64,000 nucleotides of DNA from a virus: positions 10,647 through 74,646 of the IMG/VR virus record IMGVR_UViG_3300025141_012665; one strand, 5' to 3'. Both the position numbers and the translations under genes were made by a program. Position 1 is the stretch's first letter; every line of letters starts with the position of its first letter. Below are positions 48,897 through 57,591 of this stretch, piece by piece. The notes under the pieces were generated by a model that did not search any database, had not been told where the DNA came from, and saw only the letters and a list, made by a program, of their open reading frames with translations.

Positions 48897-49310
48897 TTAA
48901 ATTTCTTCCTTGTCTACATCGCGGCCATAATAGGGCCCAGTCTTATATTCATACACTGCTGTTCCTTCTTCCATAGAAAGATAGTTGTGACCACCCCTAA
49001 ATGTAATAGAAATGTCGCCAGGGTTTAAAACCACTTCTTCTATTATTGCGTCATCAATATCGTACAGTGTGGCTTTAATTTGGCCACTTATTACCGCCCA
49101 CGATTCCTGACAAATGTCCGATGTTCTTATTTGGGTCTTATGTTTGTGCGGTATGAATGTCTTTCCTTCCGGCATTTCGAAACACGCAACTTGCAAATAC
49201 TGCTCTGGTGCGCAGATATCCACTCTTTTTTGCGTAATATCTTCTCTTCTGTTGATTATATGTAACAACAAATCTTTATCAACTCTAGAATAAATTTCTC
49301 TCACCGGCAC
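48897..49310 (-). CDS. Cupin-fold protein (WbuC-like / sugar isomerase-like)
   Basis: PHKH...QESW.VISG...GD......GGH...YEYKTGPY. Confidence 0.75.
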   Translation of the reverse strand: MPVREIYSRVDKDLLLHIINRREDITQKRVDICAPEQYLQVACFEMPEGKTFIPHKHKTQIRTSDICQESWAVISGQIKATLYDIDDAIIEEVVLNPGDISITFRGGHNYLSMEEGTAVYEYKTGPYYGRDVDKEEI

Positions 49311-50155
49311 TCCAGGTCTTTAATCATTTGTTCGATGCCCTTGTTTAGTCCATCAGTTTTTATGCCCAAACTAAGAAATCTTCGCGGGTCACCGCTATAA
49401 GACAGGGCTTTACTTCTTTCCTTTAATATAACACCATTCGAAGCGCCTGTCAAGTTTAAAATTAGATAAGCTATATCTGATAAGTTAACCTTATTCTTAT
49501 AACAAAGATTTAGATCCTTATACAAACAGCGATCTGGATTCTTTATTAAGAAGTCGACTGTTTTTAGGACATCCCCAATCGAAATAAAGTCCATTTCCAT
49601 ATCTTTATGTATGAGGATCGGCAGACCCTCCATCAGCCTGTTAATAGAGTTCTTCACAAACCTAGATGACAGCTCATGAGGCCCGAAACAACCGAAAAGC
49701 CTTAAATTTATAATATTGTTATGTTTATTTATTTCTCTAGTAATTAAATTCTTAGACTGGCCATAATAATCAGACGGCCACCTATTGTAGATCTCGTCCT
49801 CTCTCATGTTTTCAATTTGTCTACTTCTATCAAATTCTGCTCCGGAACCAAAATTTATCATCAACTTATATTGCCCTGAATGGCGGGAGAGGTTTCGGAA
49901 CATTAACATATTATCAATAAAATCATCAAGCGTGTCCGGATTTTCTCGACGACCCCCCTTTACGGCCGTATGTAAAACAATATCGATATTATTGTTAAGA
50001 AAGAATTCTTCTACGGCTTTCTCGCTTGTAACATCTAATTGTTGTCTTCCAAGCGAATATACTTTATGTTCCCCGCCGGAATAATGTTCTTTAAAGTGCT
50101 TCCCCAAGAAGCCATTGGCGCCGGTGATCAAAATGTTCAAAGCTTTTGTTTCCAA
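49301..50155 (-). CDS. NAD-dependent epimerase/dehydratase (extended SDR), candidate sugar ketoreductase
   Basis: ITGANGFLG, NFGSGAEF, YYGQSK (YxxxK), LRLFGCFG. Confidence 0.88.
   Translation of the reverse strand: METKALNILITGANGFLGKHFKEHYSGGEHKVYSLGRQQLDVTSEKAVEEFFLNNNIDIVLHTAVKGGRRENPDTLDDFIDNMLMFRNLSRHSGQYKLMINFGSGAEFDRSRQIENMREDEIYNRWPSDYYGQSKNLITREINKHNNIINLRLFGCFGPHELSSRFVKNSINRLMEGLPILIHKDMEMDFISIGDVLKTVDFLIKNPDRCLYKDLNLCYKNKVNLSDIAYLILNLTGASNGVILKERSKALSYSGDPRRFLSLGIKTDGLNKGIEQMIKDLECR
49425..49453 (-). promoter_or_regulatory. sigma70-type promoter TTGACA-17-TATATT (extended TG) inside the epimerase gene
   Basis: Minus strand TTGACA ggcgcttcgaatggtgt TATATT, about 115 nt upstream of the cupin start. 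Confidence 0.6.
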
Positions 50156-50493
50156 CTAGAGACATTCAAGGCCTTATCATCTAGATATATGTCCGCCACA
50201 GGCTTTGGGCTTGGGCCGGACTTTTTTATAAATTCTGGGATGTTCTCGTTGATCGCATCGAATTCCAATCCTTTTTCTTTACACCAATTCACCGCATCAG
50301 TTAAACATGGATAATCTTTATTGTCTCCTCTGCAAGTATATAATATTAATTTATGGCCATCTACTCTAAGCTCTTTAAGTCTATCCATTAATTCAATCTG
50401 ATCTTCTGTTTGTTTTCCAATCCCTGGAAAAGCATATTCACACAGAGTACCATCGAAATCTACCGCGATAGTTAATCTCTTTTTATTCATCAC
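50137..50493 (-). CDS. Small HAD-superfamily hydrolase (BT0820-like)
   Basis: IAVDFDGTL, ILYTCR, FDAINEN, KPVADIYLDDK. Confidence 0.85.
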   Translation of the reverse strand: MMNKKRLTIAVDFDGTLCEYAFPGIGKQTEDQIELMDRLKELRVDGHKLILYTCRGDNKDYPCLTDAVNWCKEKGLEFDAINENIPEFIKKSGPSPKPVADIYLDDKALNVSSWKQKL

Positions 50494-51622
50494 TAAACTC
50501 TCTTATATTTATGTCTACTAATTCTTTTGCCGCCAAGTAGGCCAAGCGTATCTTTGTTTTATTGCTCCAAAAATCCAAGCTCTCTGTATGTTTTTCAACC
50601 ACTTTTCTTGCGTATGTTCCCACGGCGACACCGTTGCAGCGCACTCCAGTCTTATTTGCAAGTTCCTTAGTTAACTGATTCGTTCCACCTGATAAAATTA
50701 TATACACATTTTTATTATGACCATGAGATCGATATTTCAATTTTCCTCTTTTATCTCTTTTCATATTAAACCTTTTATTAACTACATCGGCACAGGCAAC
50801 CGCCTGTAGGGTCGTATTTAGATCACCTTCCCCACCACTCATTGGATAGCCATCAGCCTGAATTGCGAACCGGTTGCCGGATATTTTTCTTACGCGTTCG
50901 ATTCTCTTCTCTAGGTTCAGATTTCCTAAATTAAGTCGATCTAAGCACATGAAATTCATATTATGTGGGTTAATTTCATTTATTAACGACCACTCCCTCA
51001 TAGTAATATCATCATCCTGAACGCTAGCATGCAATTCAAACATCTCTGCGCCAGCAGCAAGACATTCTGGAAGCAACTCCCGAAGTTCGAACTCACTATT
51101 TCTGTAAGAAATGATATCACTTTTTGGACATATATTGCTGCATTTTCCGCACCCGATACATAGCTCCTTAGTCACTATCTCTTTAGACTGGTCTTGCAAC
51201 TCGAAGGTGGCGCCAAGCTTCTTAAATGCTTCTAAATTATCTTTGATGTGAAAATCATAAGGTATGGCATCAGTGGGGCACACAGGAGCACACAGGCCAC
51301 AAGAAATACACTTAAAAGGATCTATATAAGATTTTCTAACATGGTGGTCGCCCGGCATGCCGAGACTAACCATTATATAAGGCCTCTCCTTCGGTGGGGC
51401 ATCAAACTCCTCTAATAGCTCAAAAGCCCTATCTACCCCCTCTGTGGCTGCGGTGATGACATCCAAATTTGCCGACACATCCAATATTTTTGCGCCTGCT
51501 AGCGTATATACTAGCGCAAGACTACGAACCATAGACGCATCTTCGTTTCCGGCGCCACAGATCATTTTAAAGCACTTCTCTTCATTCAGTAAGCGCTGAA
51601 TATCTTGTAGCCTGTCGCTCAA
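50483..51622 (-). CDS. ldpA: LdpA-family iron-sulfur protein (2x[4Fe-4S] ferredoxin domain plus LdpA C-terminal domain)
   Basis: FKMICGAG...LVYTLAGA..LDVSA, PYIMVSL...GDHHVRK, CISCGLCAPVCP and CIGCGKCSNICP, ELHA, QADGYPMSG, LSGGTN, GVAVGTYAR follow the cyanobacterial LdpA motif order. Confidence 0.82.
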   Translation of the reverse strand: MSDRLQDIQRLLNEEKCFKMICGAGNEDASMVRSLALVYTLAGAKILDVSANLDVITAATEGVDRAFELLEEFDAPPKERPYIMVSLGMPGDHHVRKSYIDPFKCISCGLCAPVCPTDAIPYDFHIKDNLEAFKKLGATFELQDQSKEIVTKELCIGCGKCSNICPKSDIISYRNSEFELRELLPECLAAGAEMFELHASVQDDDITMREWSLINEINPHNMNFMCLDRLNLGNLNLEKRIERVRKISGNRFAIQADGYPMSGGEGDLNTTLQAVACADVVNKRFNMKRDKRGKLKYRSHGHNKNVYIILSGGTNQLTKELANKTGVRCNGVAVGTYARKVVEKHTESLDFWSNKTKIRLAYLAAKELVDINIREFSDE

Positions 51623-52443
51623 CCGATTCTACCTTTTAAAGTGTTCGCTCTCTCTAAATAGGAATTACCTACACTAGTATAATTCAGAGCCTTAAAGTTT
51701 AGCCAATCGATTTCGAAAGTCAGAACAGATTTAATGGTATTATGAAGGTCGCCAATATTCGAATCATTTAACCCAACAACAACATTCCTTGTTTCGATCT
51801 TATCAAGAAGATTCTTGTCGTACAAATGTTTTATAAAATCAATACTGCTGGACGAAATATTCCCGCCCATGGTCGTCTTTAAATTTTTATTTTTAGCCCT
51901 CGTCAGAATATCCTCTACTATACGGCTTATTTTTTCGCTGTCGGCATGAGATTTGTCTAATCCATAAGATTTTGTCAAATCAGAACGGCCGACAATAATT
52001 CCGTCTAATTTCTCTGCGTGTACAGAATTTAAAATACTATCCAGATTATCATATGAATTACGGCTCTCACACAGGAAATATAATTCAATATCTCCTATAA
52101 ATGTTGTTGCATCAATAAACTTTCTCAAAGCAAAATCCGTCTCAATCATGGGCGCCACTATAGAGTTGATTCCCATGCTAACACAATTATTTATATCTGT
52201 AATTGCCTCGCAGCCACCAATTTTAATATACATCATCAATCCACACATTTCAGTTATTCTTCTCATTGTTATAACATCATCTAATATGGCGCCTTCGTCT
52301 TCAAAGGACTGCTTTATTCCAACAACATTGCTTTCCGTGCTGAGAATCGAAAGCTTATTGGCTAGTGCCTGTGCTGTTTGCTTCTCTAGATCGTCATAGT
52401 CGTACCTTTTTCCTTGCCACGCTCCTGTTATCTTCTTGTCCAT
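51619..52443 (-). CDS. HpcH/HpaI aldolase / citrate-lyase family protein
   Basis: GIKQSFEDEG, IKIGGCEA, IVAPMIET, FLCES, IIVGRSDL. Confidence 0.75.
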   Translation of the reverse strand: MDKKITGAWQGKRYDYDDLEKQTAQALANKLSILSTESNVVGIKQSFEDEGAILDDVITMRRITEMCGLMMYIKIGGCEAITDINNCVSMGINSIVAPMIETDFALRKFIDATTFIGDIELYFLCESRNSYDNLDSILNSVHAEKLDGIIVGRSDLTKSYGLDKSHADSEKISRIVEDILTRAKNKNLKTTMGGNISSSSIDFIKHLYDKNLLDKIETRNVVVGLNDSNIGDLHNTIKSVLTFEIDWLNFKALNYTSVGNSYLERANTLKGRIG

Positions 52444-52446
52444 TTT

Positions 52447-54210
52447 TTAAATCCTCCTCTTAGTAGTGTGTGTATCAATGATCATTTCTTTCTCGAATTC
52501 CTCCTTTGAGAGAAAAGGCGACATGTTCTCTAAAGGTTGAGATGTCAGACTACCATCTTCTTCTTGTCTAGATGCGGCCGTTGGGAATATTTTTTCTTCA
52601 GGGGGGCAAATAATCTCGCACATACATTGACCACTGGAGTTTATAATTTTAGGCAACAAATTCTCAAGCTCTCGCATGTTGGTTATCTTATAAAACTTTA
52701 TCCCATATGCAGCAGCGATCTTTTCACATTCAGGAAATGAAATTCCGGATTCCGGATCGACACCAGAGAACCTATTATCAAAATACTTAATTTGAGTATT
52801 TCTTATCGATAAATATCCACCGTTGTTGAGAATAAAAATTTTAATAGGCATCTTGTTGTGGACTATTGTTTGAAGTTCCTGTATGTTGAACTGAAACGAA
52901 CCCTCGCCAGTGATGGCTAACATATTTACATCCGGATCGGCTAAATGTGCACCTATCGATGCGGGTATGGCGAAACCCATTTCTCCTTGGGCTGCCGGCA
53001 ATATAAGTCGATTATCTGTCATCGACTGAGCCATTACATAATAAGCAGATCCGGCATCCGCAACAACGGCAGCATCTTGACCCTTAGTTTCTTCTGAAAG
53101 CTTTTTCGAGAAAGAATACATGTTTAGTTTATCCATATCTGGCCTATCAAACACTGGCCAGATTTTCTTCCAGTGGGCGGCCTTATTTAGCCAATAATTT
53201 GAAGTCTCGTAATCAATGGACATATTTTCCAATATGAATTGTTTGGCATCCATTTCTATAATGGAATCAATTTTTATTGTATCCTTAAGGTGCTCACCAC
53301 CATCAATATCTACAGCAATCTTTTTGGCTTCTCTGGCGAAAAGATCATATCTGAATCCGATGGATGGGATACTCAACGAACTACCTATCGAAATAACCAA
53401 ATCCGAATTGGCTACTGCAAAGTTGCCGGCTCTTGTTCCTTTTATTCCAATTCTTCCAATATATAAAGGATGATCGGATGGTATAAGATCTGTACCTAAA
53501 AATGTAAAAGCGCAGGGTATGTTATATTTTTCTATAAATCTTAAGAATTCTTTACGGGCGCCGGAAAGATGTACTCCATTTCCCGCTATTATAATTGGTC
53601 GTTTCGATTTCTTTAAATATTCCTCAAATTCGCAGAACTTTTTAAGGGCGGGCGTTTCAATTATAAAGTGTTTTAAATCTTCCGGAGAGATTTCCGATGC
53701 TTGTACATCCAATGGTATATCTAGCCACACAGGGCCTGGACGGCCGGTTGTGCATAAATGATATGCTTTTTCTAGCTCATATGCAATATCTTCGGGGTCT
53801 TGTACCATGGTCGCATATTTTGTTATAGTTTTCACTATTTCTACTATGTTAGCTTCCTGTACTCCTAATTTCCGGAGGGGAACTTTTGATAAATAGGTAG
53901 TGTCTTTTCTGTTTGCTTGACCAGAAACAACGATGACGGGATGACTATCTTGCCATGCATCTAATATTCCAGTTATAGTGTTAGTGCTTCCGCAGCCAGA
54001 TGTCGGAACGACCAAAGCAACCTCGTTGTTCATCTTTGAATAGCCGACCGCGGCCATGGCACAAGATTGTTCATGATGAAAAAAAACTGGCTTTATATTG
54101 CTTTTTGTTACCGCATCGTTTAAAAACATTGCGCCGCCGCCCGGAACCTCAAATGCAAATTTGACTCCCCTTTCGGACAAAAAGTTCATGATGTAATCAG
54201 CTACTTTCAA
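52447..54210 (-). CDS. ThDP-dependent enzyme, acetolactate-synthase-like (YerE-type sugar C-C ligase candidate)
   Basis: VPGGGAMFLND, HHEQSCAMAA (catalytic Glu), GRPGPVWLDIPLDVQ, GEMGFAIPA, GEGSFQFNIQEL...LNNGGY (ThDP motif), PLENMSP tail seen in sugar-cluster homologs. Confidence 0.88.
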   Translation of the reverse strand: MKVADYIMNFLSERGVKFAFEVPGGGAMFLNDAVTKSNIKPVFFHHEQSCAMAAVGYSKMNNEVALVVPTSGCGSTNTITGILDAWQDSHPVIVVSGQANRKDTTYLSKVPLRKLGVQEANIVEIVKTITKYATMVQDPEDIAYELEKAYHLCTTGRPGPVWLDIPLDVQASEISPEDLKHFIIETPALKKFCEFEEYLKKSKRPIIIAGNGVHLSGARKEFLRFIEKYNIPCAFTFLGTDLIPSDHPLYIGRIGIKGTRAGNFAVANSDLVISIGSSLSIPSIGFRYDLFAREAKKIAVDIDGGEHLKDTIKIDSIIEMDAKQFILENMSIDYETSNYWLNKAAHWKKIWPVFDRPDMDKLNMYSFSKKLSEETKGQDAAVVADAGSAYYVMAQSMTDNRLILPAAQGEMGFAIPASIGAHLADPDVNMLAITGEGSFQFNIQELQTIVHNKMPIKIFILNNGGYLSIRNTQIKYFDNRFSGVDPESGISFPECEKIAAAYGIKFYKITNMRELENLLPKIINSSGQCMCEIICPPEEKIFPTAASRQEEDGSLTSQPLENMSPFLSKEEFEKEMIIDTHTTKRRI

Positions 54211-54937
54211 TGTCTTTTTCTTCCCATCTATCTCTCCATATTTTTTTGATCTTAAGATCCATATTGTTGAAGTTTCTGTGCATTCCCCATGTCGACTGGT
54301 CTTGGTGCCACCTATAATTATATCCGATCCACTTTGGAAACGGATAAATAAACACTCCTTTGTCCGCTAAATTAAAATAGCAATAATAGTCGCCGGCGCC
54401 GTAGAAGTCTTTTGAATTCCACTCTATAAAGCCGTCATCATACAAGTCCTTAGAGTAAACCAATGTTGGAGTAGTGACTACGCACTTTTCAAAAAGTTGT
54501 TTTTTAAAATCTTCCAAATTATGATAGAAGTGTCCAATTTCCCCAACCAAGGTACCTTCTCTTGTTCCCCTCAGAGGAGATTGTAGGGCCCTGATCTTGC
54601 CTGCTGATTTAGAAATGATGTTGACTATATTCTTTATATAATCTTTGTCGATGAAATCATCTGCCCCTAATATAGTAAAATAATCACCAGTGCACAAGGT
54701 CATGGCTTTTTCAACAGGCTCTTCCCAGGAATAATCATACAAATTTGGGGCCGAGTCAACTATTAATTTCGGATTTTCTTTTTGTATTCTCTCTGCTATT
54801 GACTTGCTCTTATCTGTACTCTCATTGTCGACAAAAATAACTTCAACATTGCTGTATGTCTGATTAAGGGCCGACATTATGCTATCTTCTATCCACTTTT
54901 CAGCGTTATAGCACGGTATTATTATCGAAACCTTCAT
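54197..54937 (-). CDS. Glycosyltransferase family 2
   Basis: VSIIIPCYNAEKWI, VDNESTD, ILGADD, YRWH. Confidence 0.92.
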   Translation of the reverse strand: MKVSIIIPCYNAEKWIEDSIMSALNQTYSNVEVIFVDNESTDKSKSIAERIQKENPKLIVDSAPNLYDYSWEEPVEKAMTLCTGDYFTILGADDFIDKDYIKNIVNIISKSAGKIRALQSPLRGTREGTLVGEIGHFYHNLEDFKKQLFEKCVVTTPTLVYSKDLYDDGFIEWNSKDFYGAGDYYCYFNLADKGVFIYPFPKWIGYNYRWHQDQSTWGMHRNFNNMDLKIKKIWRDRWEEKDIESS

Positions 54938-55851
54938 TTTAGCTCCAATAGCGCTTTGACTCTTTCTGTGTAAGCATGTTTGGTGATGATATTTTGACGA
55001 TTTTTTATTTTTATTTCAAGCCTGTCCTCTGGTGTTTTATCAAAAACATAATGTTGAGCAGCTTCCACCATTTCTTTAACACCATTTGTTAAAATAGCGT
55101 TTAATTTCAACTGTTTGATTTGCTCTATGTTATCACTAATCAGCAGGCCGTTAGAGCCCAAGGACTTGAATGTTCTTTCATTTGTATCCAACCCAAGGCG
55201 CCTTTGATAAGCATCGTGTATGTTTATTGATACCTTACTGTTATACAGTATAGCATTTTCTTGTTCATGTGTCAAGCCACTGTTAACAAAAAAACCATAG
55301 CTTAAACCAGAGTCCTTAAAGCCGTCAAAATATTTGAGCATGATTTCGCGCTTTTCATTAAAGCCATTGTTTGCCCAGCCGCCAACAAAACACACATCGT
55401 ATTCACACCTGCTGTCGACGACAGGCTTATAGTTTATTGAGTCAAACGCTAGCGGAACAGTGTTGACCTCCTTCCACTTATTATGATAATGAGATTGTTC
55501 TGCGAAAGACCATAAATAGACATTGTACATTGCATTTATCTTGCTGATTAAATAATCTGGACAATGGCATTGAAAATTTGGGTGGGATCCCCATGGCTGC
55601 GGGAACCAATTAGGTTGAGCATAAAGGAATGTTTTTTGAGAATTTAAAACCGCAGAGAGGGCCTCCGATGTGTTTATATCTCCATCGGTAGCCATTAAAT
55701 AATAGTCGCTAGCAAAATCCCTGATGTCCGATAAGTCATCATAGTAATGCGCTTGATATCCCAGACTTTGCCAAGCTTGTCTGTACCCTTCATAAATCCA
55801 TTTTCCAGCATGAGAGGAATGTCTCTTTACGAATACATCTTTGGCTAACAT
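54934..55851 (-). CDS. Glycosyltransferase, CgeB/Glyco_trans_1_2-like (GT-B)
   Basis: YDVCFVGG, YNSKVSINIH, NERTFK..G..GLLISD, HAYTERVK. Confidence 0.8.
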   Translation of the reverse strand: MLAKDVFVKRHSSHAGKWIYEGYRQAWQSLGYQAHYYDDLSDIRDFASDYYLMATDGDINTSEALSAVLNSQKTFLYAQPNWFPQPWGSHPNFQCHCPDYLISKINAMYNVYLWSFAEQSHYHNKWKEVNTVPLAFDSINYKPVVDSRCEYDVCFVGGWANNGFNEKREIMLKYFDGFKDSGLSYGFFVNSGLTHEQENAILYNSKVSINIHDAYQRRLGLDTNERTFKSLGSNGLLISDNIEQIKQLKLNAILTNGVKEMVEAAQHYVFDKTPEDRLEIKIKNRQNIITKHAYTERVKALLELK

Positions 55852-56747
55852 TTGCCTATATCCTCCAAAACATTTTGAAGTCTTATCTTTGATTGATGGT
55901 CTTTAAGAAACCTCTCGTGTCCAGCTTTAGCAATTTGTTCTACTATTTTTGGGTGCTTGATTAAAAATTTCGCTTTCTTATGAAACTCATCAGGACTACT
56001 AAAAGTTATAATCTCTTTATCAATTTCGAAATACCTCTCAACTGCCGGATGATATTCGGAGAACAGCAAGCCATGGCCGGCCGGGACTTCAAACACCCTT
56101 TGTTTCATTTGGGTTTTTCCTTCTGGGTCGTTATCGTTTGTACTGAGATTTATTCCTATTTTACTATTAGCGTGGGACGCAAAGATCTCTTCAGGTGAGA
56201 CATTAAATATATTATTAACCTCCACACTTGAGCGGCCAAAGAAGGCTTTTCTGCTTGGAGTTAGAAACCCAATAAAGGACATGTACAGTTCTTTATCAGA
56301 GAAATTTATATCTGGATATGGCTCTGGATTAGCATGCCACGACCCGTGGACGATATTGTTGTACCCAATAGACCTATATTTCTCCAAATAATCAGGCTCC
56401 GGAGTTGAACAAACATTGAAATTCCAGCATGCTCTGTTAGAAAAAATAGGAAACCTCCATGTATCATCACAGAACCAGTTGAATGTTTTAGTTCTTCCGG
56501 ATTTGGTCTCTTCCGCAACCTCTTCCCATGGCTCATGAGGAGTAATTGCTTTATCTCCAGTAAATTGACAAAAAATTAAATCAGGCTTAAAGTCCTCGAT
56601 TACTCTCTTATAATCTTTTTCTTCTGGATTTACCGTATCATAAAAATAGACTTCATGGCCCAGTTGCTTTAAAGGCGCATACAAGTACCAATGGCCCATA
56701 TCCATCTGAGCGCGGTAAGTCTTATTGGTGGTCAGTAATATCTTCAT
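55845..56747 (-). CDS. Glycosyltransferase, CgeB/Glyco_trans_1_2-like (GT-B)
   Basis: SKIGINLS, KQRVFEVPA..GLL.SE, FEIDKEII, IAKAGHERFLKDH. Confidence 0.82.
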   Translation of the reverse strand: MKILLTTNKTYRAQMDMGHWYLYAPLKQLGHEVYFYDTVNPEEKDYKRVIEDFKPDLIFCQFTGDKAITPHEPWEEVAEETKSGRTKTFNWFCDDTWRFPIFSNRACWNFNVCSTPEPDYLEKYRSIGYNNIVHGSWHANPEPYPDINFSDKELYMSFIGFLTPSRKAFFGRSSVEVNNIFNVSPEEIFASHANSKIGINLSTNDNDPEGKTQMKQRVFEVPAGHGLLFSEYHPAVERYFEIDKEIITFSSPDEFHKKAKFLIKHPKIVEQIAKAGHERFLKDHQSKIRLQNVLEDIGKC

Positions 56748-57591
56748 AAAAAGCCTCGGACACTCTTCTTGGTATTTCTTTTCTTTTGTCCCTCATTAAC
56801 TCAATCAATTCAGCGCCTTTCTTTGGAAACCAATCTTCATGAACTGCGCCAATGTTCTTGGTTGTAATGGCCGACATGTTCATCATTCTTGATTCCAACA
56901 AAATCCTAGAAAGAGTTTCTGGCGACTTAGGAAAGAATACTAGTGTTTTGTTTTTTCCTAATTTTTTAAGAAATTTTTGGGGGGAGCAAAGCTCTATCAA
57001 GTCATATTTTAAGTTTTTCGCCAAACAATACCGGATAGATCCTTGTGTGTTTTTGTGCGTGGTCGTATAGTTCACCACAGCATATGAATCTTCCTTATCT
57101 ATTTTACTTAACTTTTCCAGCAGATCTAAATGTTCTTCAGACCACAAATTTCCAGACAAACTTATTAGGTTATCTATTTGCAAATTCTTCTTTAAGATTT
57201 CCATATGAAAATTGGTTTGACAGAAAACTGCTTTGGCTCTGGCGTAAAAATCTCGATTTATTATTTCTTCTTTTGGAACTTTAAAGTCAGGATATCCCAT
57301 GGGATTTCTTGTTAATATATATTTATGATCGTGTTCATAAATAACATACTCCCCGCGTGACGCGAGCAAATCTCTACATTGAAGACTGAGATTGCAGAAA
57401 TTAGAAACTATAAATTTATGTCCAGATTTCGAAAGCTCTTTAACAGTTTTTTCAGTAACCTCATGAGATCTTTTGCGCTGAACCTCGTGCCCTTGTTCGT
57501 TCAGTATTGATACAAGTTCCCAATCATTTAGCTCTCCTCCGCCATCTACTTGATCTGCAAAGAAATCAGATATGAAGCAAATTTTATGCAT
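56722..57591 (-). CDS. Putative GT-B glycosyltransferase-like protein
   Basis: GGGELND...GHEV N-terminus, YEHDHKY, PETLSRILLESRMM (GT4 ExxxxxxxE-like). Confidence 0.6.
   Translation of the reverse strand: MHKICFISDFFADQVDGGGELNDWELVSILNEQGHEVQRKRSHEVTEKTVKELSKSGHKFIVSNFCNLSLQCRDLLASRGEYVIYEHDHKYILTRNPMGYPDFKVPKEEIINRDFYARAKAVFCQTNFHMEILKKNLQIDNLISLSGNLWSEEHLDLLEKLSKIDKEDSYAVVNYTTTHKNTQGSIRYCLAKNLKYDLIELCSPQKFLKKLGKNKTLVFFPKSPETLSRILLESRMMNMSAITTKNIGAVHEDWFPKKGAELIELMRDKRKEIPRRVSEAFYEDITDHQ

Noticed and set aside
52447-54210. Branched-chain amino-acid auxiliary gene ilvB
   Set aside because: No ilvH/ilvC/ilvD neighbours; context and motifs fit sugar-cluster ThDP enzymes.
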